Made by a program: the position numbers and the translations under genes
The notes under the pieces: generated by a model
What the model saw: the letters and a program-made list of their open reading frames with translations, nothing else
The model's database searches: none
What the model was told of the DNA's origin: nothing
In this document: piece by piece, positions 1 to 13,200 of the stretch
Numbering within the stretch: position 1 is the stretch's first letter
How the letters are laid out: every line of letters begins with the position of its first letter
Assembly (NCBI GenBank): GCA_001275005.1
Contig: JWZX01003199.1
Span: 1-58,456 of the forward strand
Direction: 5' to 3'
Origin: Chrysochromulina tobinii
Taxonomy: Eukaryota
DNA length: 58,456 nt

Positions 1-159
1 TCTCTCTAAGGGGGGTGTAGTTAGTGTGCACCACAGCAGACAGTTCTGTACCGTAGTACACGTCCATCTCATTGGGGAGGTACGCTGAACCCTAGGGTGC
101 GTGCGTGTATAGGTATGGTCCGGTCACCAAAAGCAAACTTTCCTATTCGCTCACACACA

Positions 160-780
160 TCAGCCAAGACCGGGCCCCTCATGGCGTCCTAGCTCTACTG
201 GCAACAGTTTCCCATCCTCCTCATCCGCCAGGCTCGCAGGCATAGTCGCAGGGAGCGCATCCCGCGCATCCAGCAAGGACCCTTCGAAATCGGATGCCCA
301 TCGCGCCGGAAGGCGCGCGATGAGCTGCTCGGGGCCGAACTCGACCGCGCCGAAGGGCTCGTCTTCGCGGACGTGCAAGGCGCTGCCTTCGATGGAGCTG
401 ATGGCCGTCCCGATGATCCTGCCGTGCTCATGGTCTCCCGCAAAGTTGAGCTGCAGGACGTCCACTCTGGCGAGGAGGAGCCGAGGTGGATTTCCAGAGC
501 CGACCGGAGTGTAGTCGACATGCCAGGTCCCCACCTGGTACACGCACAGGTCTCCTTCTTTGAGGCGTGCAGACAAGTGCGCCAGTCCACGTCCACAGTC
601 CCGTTGCAGCTCCACGCTGCCCGAGGCTCGAACGCAAGAGGCACGCGCACGCACGTGGAAGTTCCGGTGCAGCTGAGCGCCTGGGCCATGCAAGTTCTGG
701 AGGCGGACAGCATCGACGATCAGGCATGGCCACCCTAGCAAGAGCGAGGTAACTATCGGGCGGATGGAGCTCCTCGTCAT
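160..780 (-). CDS. Hypothetical protein (~206 aa) with a possible N-terminal signal/targeting peptide
   Basis: Lies in ORF 160..912. First ATG at 780 gives MTRSSIRPIVTSLLLGWPCLIVDA (hydrophobic leader), followed by a globular-looking region (LKEGDLCVYQVGTWHVD...HEHGRIIG). Divergent from the giant gene. Confidence 0.55.
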   Translation of the reverse strand: MTRSSIRPIVTSLLLGWPCLIVDAVRLQNLHGPGAQLHRNFHVRARASCVRASGSVELQRDCGRGLAHLSARLKEGDLCVYQVGTWHVDYTPVGSGNPPRLLLARVDVLQLNFAGDHEHGRIIGTAISSIEGSALHVREDEPFGAVEFGPEQLIARLPARWASDFEGSLLDARDALPATMPASLADEEDGKLLPVELGRHEGPGLG

Positions 781-1228
781 GTCTGGAGCAGAGAGCTGCT
801 TCTCGAGACGCTCGATCGCCAGCAAGCAGGCCGTACGCAAACGCACGAACCCTCTCGTCCCGTAGGGGAGAATTTCGCCACTCGAGACTGTCGCAAGACG
901 TGTGATCAACACCCGTCACGCTCAATGGTAGGCCAACGATGACGGTCGAGTGCACAACGATACACTGCACGACCACGCGACACCGAAAACTAAACCCCTC
1001 TCCGTTCCCACTACACATTCACACATGTGACCAGAATCCCTGAGATCTTGCTGGACCTCTAGCGAGCCCACTGAGTAGGTATCAGCTGATTACCTGACTC
1101 ATCTCGCGACAAAACGAGCTCCAAAAGCGAGTTTGTGTGCGCCGCGAAGCAAAGCGCGCGCTCGCAAGACACTTTGCTCGCGCGCTCGAGCTCTCCCCCG
1201 TTCTCGCGGAGCGGATTCTGCCAGGGAT

Positions 1229-4200
1229 ATGGTCCAACACAGTTACGAGTCCTCGCCCGCGACCCCATCGGTAAGCAGGACAGCAGCTTGCGTGATAGCT
1301 CGCGCTGATGATTCTCGAGTGCTTGATTGGTTTTCCATCCTGACCGCCGCTTCGTTGGCTGCGCAGGCTAACCGGCGAGCCGTTCCACTCGACTCATACG
1401 AGGCCTTACGACACGAGTTGTCAGTCCATCTCGAGGAGAACGTGCCGTGGAACGTGCTCATAGCTTGCGTGAAGCTGCTGCCACTGCCACTCGAAGCTCG
1501 CTTCACCGCATCGCAAGCCGAACACCACGCAGCGGATCTCCATGTGCCTTCGGGCGCCAAGGACTGGAGCGATGCCGAGCTGAAAGAGTATTTTGAATCA
1601 GGAGGTATGAAGCTGCCGTCAGATGACCAGTTCTTTAAGATTCTCGGCGGTCATTGGCCAAGCTTGCAGCCTGATGACATCCGGATGTGCGCGCGGACGC
1701 TGTACCGAGCTCGTGCTGAGGGCCGGCTCGAGGAAGCCAAGCCTGCCTCCAGAGACGGCGCCCTTGATGAGCCTGCGGACACACAGGCCCCGCGGCACCC
1801 GGGGAGCGCGGGCGCTGCCTCGAGCTCGACTTCAGTGCCCATGGATCTGGACGAGCTTGACTCGCACGGCACGGCTGTGGACTCGTCCAGGACCCCTGCT
1901 GTGGAGAGCTTCTCAGGTCTGTATGCAACGATGCGTGGCCACGAAGCGTTCCGTCTTGAGGCTTTGGACCACCCCGGCGGCAATGCCGTGGGCCCCCTAT
2001 TCGTAGTCTACGCTGGCGTGCCAACACACGGATTCTTCAAGGGTGAGACTGCGAAAATGCCAACGCTCACTGGAACAGCTACCGGGAAGTGGGAGTATAG
2101 CGATCGCGGTGGACAGTGGAAGGTAAGCTGGCCAGAGAACAAAAATCCCTCCCCAGGCAGTATTGCTGTCGTTCGCGTTGACAAGTTCCGCTCAGCTTCG
2201 GCGAACACCGTCGGCGACGATGTCCGGCTACTATCGAGCGCGGTGAAAGCTCAATTTGGTGCTGTCGCGCTGCTCCTGATCCTCCCCACCGCGCCCACGG
2301 AGGAACAGCGTCTTGATCTCAGCAAGTCTGCTGATAACCTTGCCGTCCCTGTAATGGTCATCCGTGTGGACGACTCAAGAAAGATCACCAACCACGGTGA
2401 CCCGAAGAGCTTAAACGTGTTCCTCGCTGCAGACAAGAGCGCCTTGGCCAACCGGCGCGATACGCGTTGCATCAACGGGCAGCTGCAGTCGCAGCCGCCA
2501 CATCAGCTACTCGAGCAGCAGCAGCAGCAGCAACCGCAGGCCCGAGAAGGATGGAACTTGGTCAGCTTAGGACGCAATATTGTTTCTACCATTGTCAACT
2601 ATGTCTCGAATAAGCCAAAGCTCTCCGATGAGCTCAAAAAGGCGATTAAGGAGGGCGATTTCTCGCGAGTTCAAAATCTCCTCTTGGCATCTGCTGATGA
2701 TTTTCAGATCGACCTGGACACCTCGTGCTCGGTACTGGAGACTACTGCTACGCAGCTCGAAGAGCAGTACCCGTTGCTGCTGGTCTCGGCTCATCTCCTT
2801 CAGTCACGTGCGAAGAACGATAGCGCTAGCGGAGCAGAACGGCGCGCCATCGAGGTCGCATGCACAATTGCAACTAGGTACATCACCAACGGCACCTGGG
2901 TGACTCTTGGCGATCCGCCACTCTCACAAGTGGCATCGGCATCTGACCCCACCTATTGGAGAACCTTTCAAGATGTTGTTCTCTCGATCATCGAGGATGC
3001 GCCTTATTGCCACGACGTCGATGGTCTGGTAAGTTCGGCGCGAGTGCTGAAGCGGTGCTACGAGCTCAAGGCCTGCGACTCTGCGGACGCTCGAGCATTG
3101 TGGTCCAAGGTCCTGCAGAGGGTGATACGCATGCCCAATGGCAAGAGCATCCGCCTCGCGAAGGAGCTTGGAAGCGCGCTCAGCGAGTCCCACGTCGACG
3201 GACATACTGTCCATGCCTTTGATAAATCAGACCATCTCGGTCTCGTGCGAGCCTGGCGTGATGACATTCAGTCCATCGACGACTGCTGGGCGCTGCTCAC
3301 TTGTATTGGGCATCTCACTCAACCATCTCCTCAGGCTGTGCGCGAGTTCGAGGACATCTACGAGTGGGTTGCGCAACAAACGTGTGCGCAGCATGATCCA
3401 GATGTGGGTCCACTGCAACTGATTGACTTTGTTGAACGGCTCAGCCGCGTGCTCCAGCTCGGTTCTAGCCAAGTGGACTTCGCCTTGCAGAAGCTGCTCC
3501 AGGGCATGCTGTCGGCACGCAACGAGCCACGCGTCCATTATCAACGTGCAAACGTTGTCCTCCTCGGGCTTCACAAGCGCTTTCATACTTTTTGCCCGTC
3601 ACTATGGAAGGTTGCAGTCGATACGGTCACGGCTCACGTGCGGAAAACGTTCAAGTCACTTCGCCCCGATCACTTGGGTGAGTGGCTAGTGTCGGACGCC
3701 TATAAGCACGTGCGCGTTCCTCAACTTGACGGTGCCCTGGAAAGGCTTCGAGCATCCAATGACTCGACCGACTTTGATCCGTACCTCAAGCTTAAAGAGT
3801 GCATACGCCAGGCCATGCCGACCACGACTCGTGAGCATGATCTTTCGTCGGGGCTAATTTCCAGCCTGCACACGTGGCTGCGAGCCAAACCGACGAGGCT
3901 TACGTCGGGGTTTGGTGCACTTTTGAACAGTGCACCAGATCCAAATGTGGATGCGAGCTATGTTTTGCAGATAACGGATATCCTCAAGGAGACCAAAGCC
4001 AGCATTCGCGATCGCGATCCGCAGTTTCCACTTCAGCTCGCTCTCGTTCTGAGAGGCGTCACTCGGCTACCAAACCTGCGAAACCTGCTGACGCAAGGGT
4101 TGCTTCATCTCGCGGCTGAGTTCATGTGCCCTTCCACCCTCAACGTGCACGCACCAGGCTATGAGTTCCGTGATGTGATCGAATCCTTGACTCGATTACG

Positions 4201-7200
4201 CACGCCAGAGAGTCTGGCGTGCCGTGGCGTCGCAGCAAATATCCTCATCATATGTATGCAGTCCTTCGTCACCCAGACCGTGACCACCGACAATTGGGTC
4301 ACAGTCATAGCAAATGCCAATCACCGCACGGGCCAGGACTACACTTTCCTCTTTGTTGTCGTAAAGGCTGTCACTAGTGCTCTCGGCCCAGATGGAAATA
4401 TCATGGCGGACCTGGATGAGGAGCGGGCTCTTCTACACGAATTGCATGCATCCTTTGGAAGGCAGTTTGCGAGCGTTTGGGATCAAGTGCGGACTGAGTC
4501 CATCTCTCTTTGTCAACTGAAACAGATCCACCCCAATCTGCAACGAAAGGAGTACGACTTTTCCCAGAAATTGACAGCGCTCTTGCGATTGGAGTCTCCC
4601 CCCGTGGCGCAGCTTGAGCAGCAGATCAGAGATGGTGAGAGCATCCTCGTGTGGATTCTTCAGCAAAAGCAGACGGTGCGATCGATCGAGAAATGGGGCA
4701 TCGATAGGTCGCAGATTAGCGGGATCTTCGACCTCTTTGAGCGTGCTGATTCCAAAGACCACACTCTCACCGACCTTCGGCGCGCAGAAGCCTCGTTAAA
4801 GGCGTGGCTACACCCTCTTGGAGCCCCCGAACGTCAGTTCTTCGAGTACTTCAGTGGATTCGATCAACACGACGACATGGCATCACACCAACGACAGTCG
4901 GTGTTGTTCAGCCATTTCCTGGAGCAGCAGCTTCCGCCTGCCACCGACGGTGCGATTCGCACGACGCAAGCGTTAGCTGATGCGCTACGATCCGTCATCG
5001 AGCTGTTCGAGGCCCTGGTGCAAGGTCGCGGGGAAGTTCGCTTTAGCCAGCTCAGAGCTGCAGGCGAAAGGCTTCGAGAGGCAGGACGTACTCCAGACGC
5101 CGAGCTGCGTGTGATCGCTGGCTTCTTTGGAGAGCAGGCTCTGGTCGCCGATCGCGTTGAAAGCCTTCGATCAGTGCTTCAGCTCGGCCAGATAGTGGGG
5201 CCTCTGCGAAAGCTTGTCGATACGCTTGAGCAGTACACGTTCAGATGCAGTCGTGATGACGTCGCCGATGACACATACCACGTGCTGTGCGGCTACGCTG
5301 ACGGCTTGAGCGATGATCGAGACGAAGGTCTGATGCGCGGGCACTCGATGACGGACTATAATGACTTGCGTGCGAACATCCATCGATCGTTGCGTCCCTC
5401 GGGCGATCGCCGCGGTGCCGAGCAGCAGCGTGTGTCAGACCAAGAGCACGGCGAGGAGCTCGCGCTGCTCACACTGTTTGCGCAGCTCTCTGATCACGAT
5501 CGAGTGTGGCGCTTTGTTCTCGAACGCAAGTTCTTTGGCGGTGGCATGGCGCAATTCAAGGAGAAGCTCGAGCTGTTACAGAACCAAGTGACTGGCGTAG
5601 ATGCCGAACGGCTTCTCAACCAGCTGGAGGGTGCAGTGGCTTACCTCTCAGTCGTTGCAAGCCTACGTGAGCACAGCCTTTCGGAAATCCTTGCCGCGCT
5701 CTGGAGCAGCGAGCAAGTGATGCGCGAGGCCCGCCAGGCTGGGAGCGCTCGCTTTCAACAGCTTCGCGGGCTGCAGGAGCACATGGGCCGCCTTGAGGAG
5801 TGGTTCGATAAGGGTCTCGGCGGGCTCGATGCAGTCTTTGCGCAGTTCTTTTGCGTGCTCGCTACAGGATGCTTCGAATTCCACCTTGCGGACCCTCCCG
5901 GGCTCTGGCTGACTTACACGGATCATGATGTCGAACGCACGCTCAAGTCAGACGAGCTGGTTGACTTTGAACACCGTTTGGGCTTCGTGCAGAACGACGA
6001 CAAAATCACCAACCCCGTGAGTCAAGGCACCGACTACAAGTCCAACAGGTGTGCTCGATTCCTCGAGCGAGTTCAAGAGTATCGCAAGGCGTTCGCACTC
6101 ATGTGCGAGTTGTGCGCACTCGGCCATCCGGAGTACCAGTCCATTCCACGTGCGCCCGTTAATCCGGACGAGGTCTCGCAGCTCTCTGTGCAGCGCTTGA
6201 GCCGGGCTCTGAGCGCATGGAAGCGGAGGTTGGAAGAGGTATCAGCGGTGCACCCGTACTTGCGCTTCTATTCGACACGCGAGGCGCAACGTCTTCATCG
6301 GTTGCTGCTTGAAGGATGGCCATGGATTGCGGCGGATGGTTCAGCACAGGAGCTGACCTTGGCGTTGATTCCACTCTTCCAGCGGTCATCGGGTGTGTTC
6401 TCGCGTCTGCTCGATGTCGTCGAGAAAGCTCGCATCAAGCCTGCTGTCCAAGCTCTTGCAGTTGCTGATGATGATTCTGCTGTCGATGGCCCTGCACAGT
6501 GGCCTGCGATAGTAGGTGCTTTTCTTCAAACCGTTCAGCATGGCATGGGCAGCCCGCCGCTCCCCGTTCGTCCGGCCGGAAGCCCGCTTGTCCACTGGCC
6601 CGGGTTGCACGTGCACACGATCGAGCCGTCCTCTGATGCCATGCTTGCGCTCATCTATCGCATCTATCAGCGCTTACCGGAGCCTTTTGAGGTTCTCTGG
6701 TGCTCTGCGACGACCCATCTGCGAACTTTGGAGACCTTTCTTGACCGCGTTCGGCACCATGCTGCAACGGACACCAGCGCTGGGCGCTGCTTCGTGCTGG
6801 TACAGGTCGAGGCATTGGCACCGACTGCTCAGCAGGCTCTGCTGCGTCACTTGCTTGCCTCACGAGACACGGGTGTGCGCCACAATATGCACTGCTTACA
6901 GAGTGCCAGCACCTCGCTGCAGGCAGCACCATGGATTCGCCATCACAAGGGGACAGCTTCGACTGCGGCTTCCGAGAAAGATCAACTTTCCGGGTCGAGC
7001 TTACGCAAATGGGTCGTGGACGGCATGGACTTTAGAGCGGTCACATGCGTCATGGGCCCTTCAGGGAGCGGCAAGACCCATTGGATCAGGAAACGTATCC
7101 TGCAATGGATGCAAGAAGACGAGGCCCGCGCCGTATGCGTGTTCAGCATCACGGAGGCTTTCTCGCTTGAAGCCGTCTCGCAGAAGCTGCAGAGGACCAT

Positions 7201-10200
7201 CTTGAAGGAAGGCAGCTCGACTCAGCTTGCACTGTGCTTCCATCTCAACATGGGCAAATTCCGGACGTACGAGATGCATGAGTGGAAGGCACTCATGGAA
7301 AAGATCAATCGCTTCTTCTTCAGTCTGCTCGTTCTTCGCAGCGTCGAGGATTCCACTGGATTCGTCTTCAACGTACCGCCGGGCAGCCGCTGGGAAGTAA
7401 TCGTAGAGATTCCCGATCGGATCGGCCATCTTGATGAGGCTCCGGCAGACACACTGAGCCAGGATGATGGTTTATGGAAGGAGCTACCTGTGCTTGCTTC
7501 GATTGGCACGTTGCAAAGACCTGCCGATGCATTCGATCTCGATGGAGAAAATACTCGCCTCGTGTGCAAGTACCTCAAGGCATATCAAGACGGAACGATC
7601 GATGAGTTGTACACCTCAAATGGAGGCGGCTATGGCGGGCCCAAGGACGTGATCTTCGTCCTCGACGCGTCAGGCAGCATGGCGGGCGCCCCTTTTGAAA
7701 CCTGCCGTCGATGCCTTCTTGAACTCTGCAGAGGAAAGCTTCAACCTGTGGATCGTGTTGGCGTTGTCGTGTTCAACGGCAGGATCCTCTTAAACGTTCA
7801 GCCAGCGCCGTTGAGTGCCCGGCACCTGGCAAACATCGAGACCCAGTTGGTATTCGTCCAGCCGAGTGGTGGCACAGATTTGTGGGGCGCCATGTTCGAT
7901 GCTGCTGACCTTCTATGCTCGCTTCCTGATCGAAATCCGAGTTGGATGGTCAGCCTGACGGACGGCCATTCCGAAGGTGAAAACATGCAAGCGTGTACAG
8001 AACGCCTTCGCAAGCTCGATGCCTCCAACATCAACGTGCTCTCAATTACGATCAACCTTCAAGACTCTAGTCGTGATCTCATCCGACGCGTATGCGTCGA
8101 CGGTCGCATCGGTACGAATGAGATTGTTCCTGCAGATGGTGGCCTGGAGGCGATCGAGGAAGCGTGGGCTGTCGTCGGCGAGGCCATGACCGTGAGTGAG
8201 AGGGTTGAGCTAGCAGAGGTGACGGATGCTGAATGCCACGCTCTTCTTTCACACTACATGCTGCTACCTCAGAAAAGATGGTCCATGCTCAAGCAGTCTT
8301 ACTGGGTGCGTTACCTCGCGCGCCGATGCCACATCCTTCGCACGTCTGAGAAGTTCAACATGAACGATGGCTTCGAGCGATTCGGCAGCTCAACTTTGAA
8401 GATAATGATGGAAGAGGCGCATCATGCCCTGAGTGATGACTATCGCCACGACTGGGATGCAATCAATCACGAGCAATTCGTGTATTGGGAGGAAAATGGT
8501 GACTCGAAGTGGAGCCTGATCGCAACGAAGCCAAGCGAGATGAGTGTGGAGCGTAGGCAACTTCTCGACGAGCTCGAGCTTCACGTGCCATCTGCTGACG
8601 ATCTTCGCAAGCGCCGCGTGCTCGACAGTCTCCTTGCACGGGGCCTCGGCATCGATGCCGTGCTTCAAGATCGCGCCTTAGAGAGGCGACAGCGCCCGAT
8701 CGTGCGTGATGGCCAGCAATCGACGATAGACGTTGAGATCAATCTTGGGACTATCGCCGCTGTTGATGAGCACCGCTTTGTCCTGACTCTCGACTTTACG
8801 ATGAAGATGCTTTGTATGCACGAACGCATAGAATGCCGTGTGCCTTGCATTATGGAGGGCGAGACGGGTGTGAGCAAGACAGCGCTTACGCGAATGTACT
8901 TCATCCTCAAGAATCTGTCGAGCATGAGCGCGCAGATGCAAGATGTTGATAACCCGCGACTGCGAGTCACTGTGGACCAATTGCGCAATCTGGCAGCCGC
9001 TCAGCAGCCTCAGGATGCCGCCGTCGCCTTCGGGGAGATCCAGGTGGACCCGGTTGTCCGCACTCTGCAGAGTATGGCCCTGAGCCTCTTTTCCTTCTTC
9101 CTCCCTGACGCCGGCTTCCGGTCTGTGCCGCAAGAGGTCTGGAATGACGCTAAACGTCTCGCGACCTATCTTTGTGATAGTGCAGTGGACGGGTCTGCTG
9201 CGGTCAACATTCCGCCGTTTCGTGCCGCGCTCTTGATAGAGCTCAAGCAGGATCCGGGGCTCCTAGTCGACAACGGCTTGTGGCAGGCGGTGCAGACGGC
9301 GTGGAGCCCTGCCTGGCAAGATCCGATCAATGAGCGCTCAGCCGGTGACATTAGCGCCGAAGTGCTTGCTGATCTGCTGCTGTGCTACATCCGCGCAAAG
9401 ACTTCGCTGATGAGCAGCCCTGTTGGCTGGACTTTCCATCAGCTCAATGTGCACGCTGCACTCACACCTGCCGCCATTGAGACGGACCTCGCACCAATCA
9501 TCGAGCTTGGCTTCCGGCTGCAGACGGCTGCTGAGTTGCTTAACTCGCCCCGCCATCGCAACGTCAAACTTTGCATCTTCCTCGACGAAGTGAATACGAG
9601 TAGCACTATGGGCGTGTTCAAAGAGCTCATCGTCGACCGTAGGCTTGACGGTGTCGATTTGCCTGAAAACATCGTTGTCATCGCTGCGTGCAATCCAGCG
9701 CGTGAGAAGCTTGTGCATTTTTCCGCAGCGAACGCACGTCGCGAGGAGCTTGGTAAGGAATGGGCAATGGGCCACTACCAGGTTCACCCACTGCCGCTCT
9801 CGATCGAGCAGGTGACCTGGGACTACGGATCACTTAAGGCAGAGCAGGAAGCGGAGTTCATTGAGAAGCGGATGAGTGCGCTATATCGAGGCGAAGACGT
9901 GCGCTTCCCTTATCCCGAGCAACGTCAGCTTGCTGCACTAATGTGTCGCTCGCAAGATCTGACACGCGCCTTTGCACAGCAGCAGTTTGCTGGCCTGAAG
10001 GAGCGCATAATTGCCGCCTCGCCGCGACCACTCTCGACTGCTGAGCTCCAGCGCATGGATGCCGACCTCAACGCGCGCGCGAGCTCAGTCGTCTCTCTGC
10101 GAGACATCCAACGCGTGTTCGCGCTGTTCCGATTCTTCGACAATTTGCTGCAGACGCACAATGGCGAAGCTCATTTCTTCATGGAGGGCGGTGACGATCC

Positions 10201-13200
10201 TGCAAGTGCCCCCGAGCGTCGTCGCCGGTCCATGCTTCTCACAATCGGTGTGGTGTATTACCTGCGCCTCTCAACGGAGCAACGCGTTAGCTTCGAGTGC
10301 GACTTGCATCAGATGCTCCGAGATGAGCACAACTTACGGCTAGATAAAGTACTGACCGAGGCCATGGATGCGCTTATTCAGACAACCGAGCTTGAGCAGG
10401 GTATCGCACGTACCACAGGTCTCAAGGAAAACGTATTCATGGTCGTCGTGTGCACCTTGGCACGCATTCCTCTCATGATTGTACGTGCAGGCCACTTCCC
10501 TCTCCCACCGCCCCACGCCATGTGGATGGTTGCCGACTCACAGCTCTCCGCCTTCCGCAGATTGGTCCACCGGGATCCTCTAAGACACTGGCCGTCACCG
10601 TCGTGACTCAGAATGCGAAGGGCGACCAATCCAAGGCCCGGTCATTCTACCGGACGCAAAAGCGGCTTCTCAGCTTCCATTATCAGTGTAGCCGTCGCAG
10701 CACGAGCACGGAGATCGAAGCCGTGTTCAAACGAGCCGAGGACAAGCAGCAAATGACACACGGTGATACCTCGTGCTTTGTCTTCATGGACGAGGCCGGT
10801 TTACCCGAGGAGCAGCGCGAAAGCCTCAAGGTTCTTCACTACTACCTCGAAGATCACATGTCTAGGCCAGCCAAAGTCGGCTTTGTTGCCATCACCAACC
10901 ACGCACTCGACGCGGCCAAATCGAATCGCTGCGCAATTCTTCTGCGCGCGGAGCCTGACCATCGCGAGCTCATGCAGATCTGCATTGGCGGCCTCGGCTC
11001 CGAGGCAGAACAGCGGCGCCTACTCGCACAGACTGTAGTTGGCCTCGACGAGCGCCTCCCCGATGTGCTCGACAGACTCTGTTTAGCGTACCAGGATCTA
11101 ATGCGCGAGGAGCGGGAGCTCGCGTGGTTCAACACGTTCTTTGGCCTGCGTGACTTCATGCACGTCATCAGGCTGCTCGCGCGCCTGTCCAGTGGCTCTA
11201 CGATCAGCCTCGGAACCATTGTCCACGCGCTAGAGCGCAACATGAGTGGCGTAGAGGAGGCCGATCAGCTTCAGCTCATCAATTTCTGGCGTCGCCGTCT
11301 TGGTGCCGGTGACAAGCTTCGCATGGCCGAGCTCCGTAATCCATACACGCTGCTCCGCGAGAGCCTATCCGAGCAGGCACAAGCTGAGCGGCCGATAAGC
11401 CGCTACAAGCTCCTGATCGACACAACGGCCGATGATTCCATCCTTCGACTTCTGCATGCGCGGCGTGACCTCGACGTGAGTACGGACGAACACCGTGGTT
11501 CGATCATCCTCAAACTCAGTGACTTCCGTGAGGACACTAGCCTGCAGCAGGTGACGCTCGTGAGCAGCGTCAAAACAGCAGCTGAGAAGGGAGAGGTTGT
11601 TGTGCTCTCGCACACTGAACCCGTCAACGAGAGCTTTTACGATCTATTCAACCAGCATTTTCAACGGCAAGAAGACAGGCACGCGCGAGCACTCGTGAGT
11701 TTGACCGTCTCGCCAGGGGGTATTAGGATGGACATCACCGTCGGTCATGTTGCTGTCAACTCTTATCACGCCAACATAGCCGTGGGCTCGCATTCCAAAC
11801 TGTGCCGCGTCCATCAGTCGTTCCAGAGTGTGGTTCATATGCGCCTCTCCGAGCTTCGCTATGCGCCCGCCCCTTTCCTCCATCGCTTCGAGAAGTACCG
11901 ACTCTCGCATCGCAATCTGCTCGATGCGCACGTTGCGGAATATCCGAGTCGGTTCCGCAGTTTTGTCTCCAAGGTGCTCGCCAAGCTACACAGCCTTGTG
12001 GAGTGCATTGAATCGCTCAGTCTCTACGGGTACAAGGCGCAGCAAACGCTCGAGTCAATCCTCCTATATTCGGTGTCCACCCTGGGGAGCAACTTCTGCA
12101 ACGTCTTGACGCCCGCGTTTGCGACCTCGATCGCATCTGCAGCTGCAGCTGAGCTCCAGGCTGATCCAGAGGCGCTCGCGCTCCTGCAAGATGGTGTGCA
12201 GGAAATCGGCGAATCTGTTCGAGAGGCGATGCACTTCCTCCTGTCGTCCAATGAGTCAGGATCTGCAACGTCGCGGTTGGCTGTTGCGATCACTGGCCAG
12301 TGGCTGCTGCAGACTTCAGTGTCACGGCTGATCCAAGTGTGCACACCTGAAAGGCTCTACAAGCACCGCGCCGTTGTCCCCTTTGAGATGCTCGACACGT
12401 ACTTCAGGTGCCAGGAGCACTTTTCGCTGAAGCGGCTGCTGCAAGGCATGGTGAGCACACGTACTGCACAGAGGATGGTTGTCTACACGCGCACAACTGC
12501 GTCGCTATTATCCCTGCCGGCCCATGGCCTCGAGAGCTCAGAGGACGAGAGCTCAGCTTCGGAAATGCATCTGCTTGAGGCCCTCATTTGTGAGCCGTTC
12601 AGCCTTGAACTTCCTGATGGCGAAAACGAGATCATTACCCTGGCTGATTTTTCCCTCTGCCCACTGTCGCTGCTTACCACGCAAGAGGCTCTCCTGGCAT
12701 GCCTTCGCTCCTTCCGAAGCGCTGCAAGCTCAAAACGAGTACTCTTATTCTTCATCGATATGGCGGAGACGCCCACGAGCCGCGTAAATTTTGTTCGAAG
12801 TAAGGTGGACGAGCTCTGTAGCGATATGGCTTCCAACAAGTCCATCGTGGTTATCATGCATTTCCCTGCATCGAATGTCTATGTGCTGCCATGCTACGAC
12901 ACAACATTCTGTGATCAGTGGCAACCTGTGTTCCTGGACTCCATCAGCGAAGAGGCCAGTGCACTCGGTGCCCTCGACGTGAGAGAGTGGCTTAAGCTCG
13001 GCGCGTCCAATGACTACCAATCGCTCGTTGATGTAAAAGCGTGGGACCTCATGCCCGCTCTCCAGGGCTGGCTGAATACTGCGCTGACGACTGCTGCGAG
13101 CCGCATTGAGTATGCACGGGGGTGGAATGGGCAAAGTCCTGGAGACTTCAATCCAATGCAGCCAGTGCCCGTCCAAGCCCGCGTGAAGCTTCTGGAGGCT

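Noticed and set aside
88..98. Telomere-like AACCCTAGGGT
   Set aside because: Single palindromic unit, no array.
10450..10606. Frameshift, pseudogene or two separate giant genes at the ORF overlap
   Set aside because: A canonical 80-nt GT-AG intron restores the frame and the Walker A context exactly.
11679..11760. Possible third intron in the RNF213-like gene (GCACGC or GTGAGT donor-like sites)
   Set aside because: The frame is open and I found no convincing in-frame acceptor. It may simply be a coded insertion.
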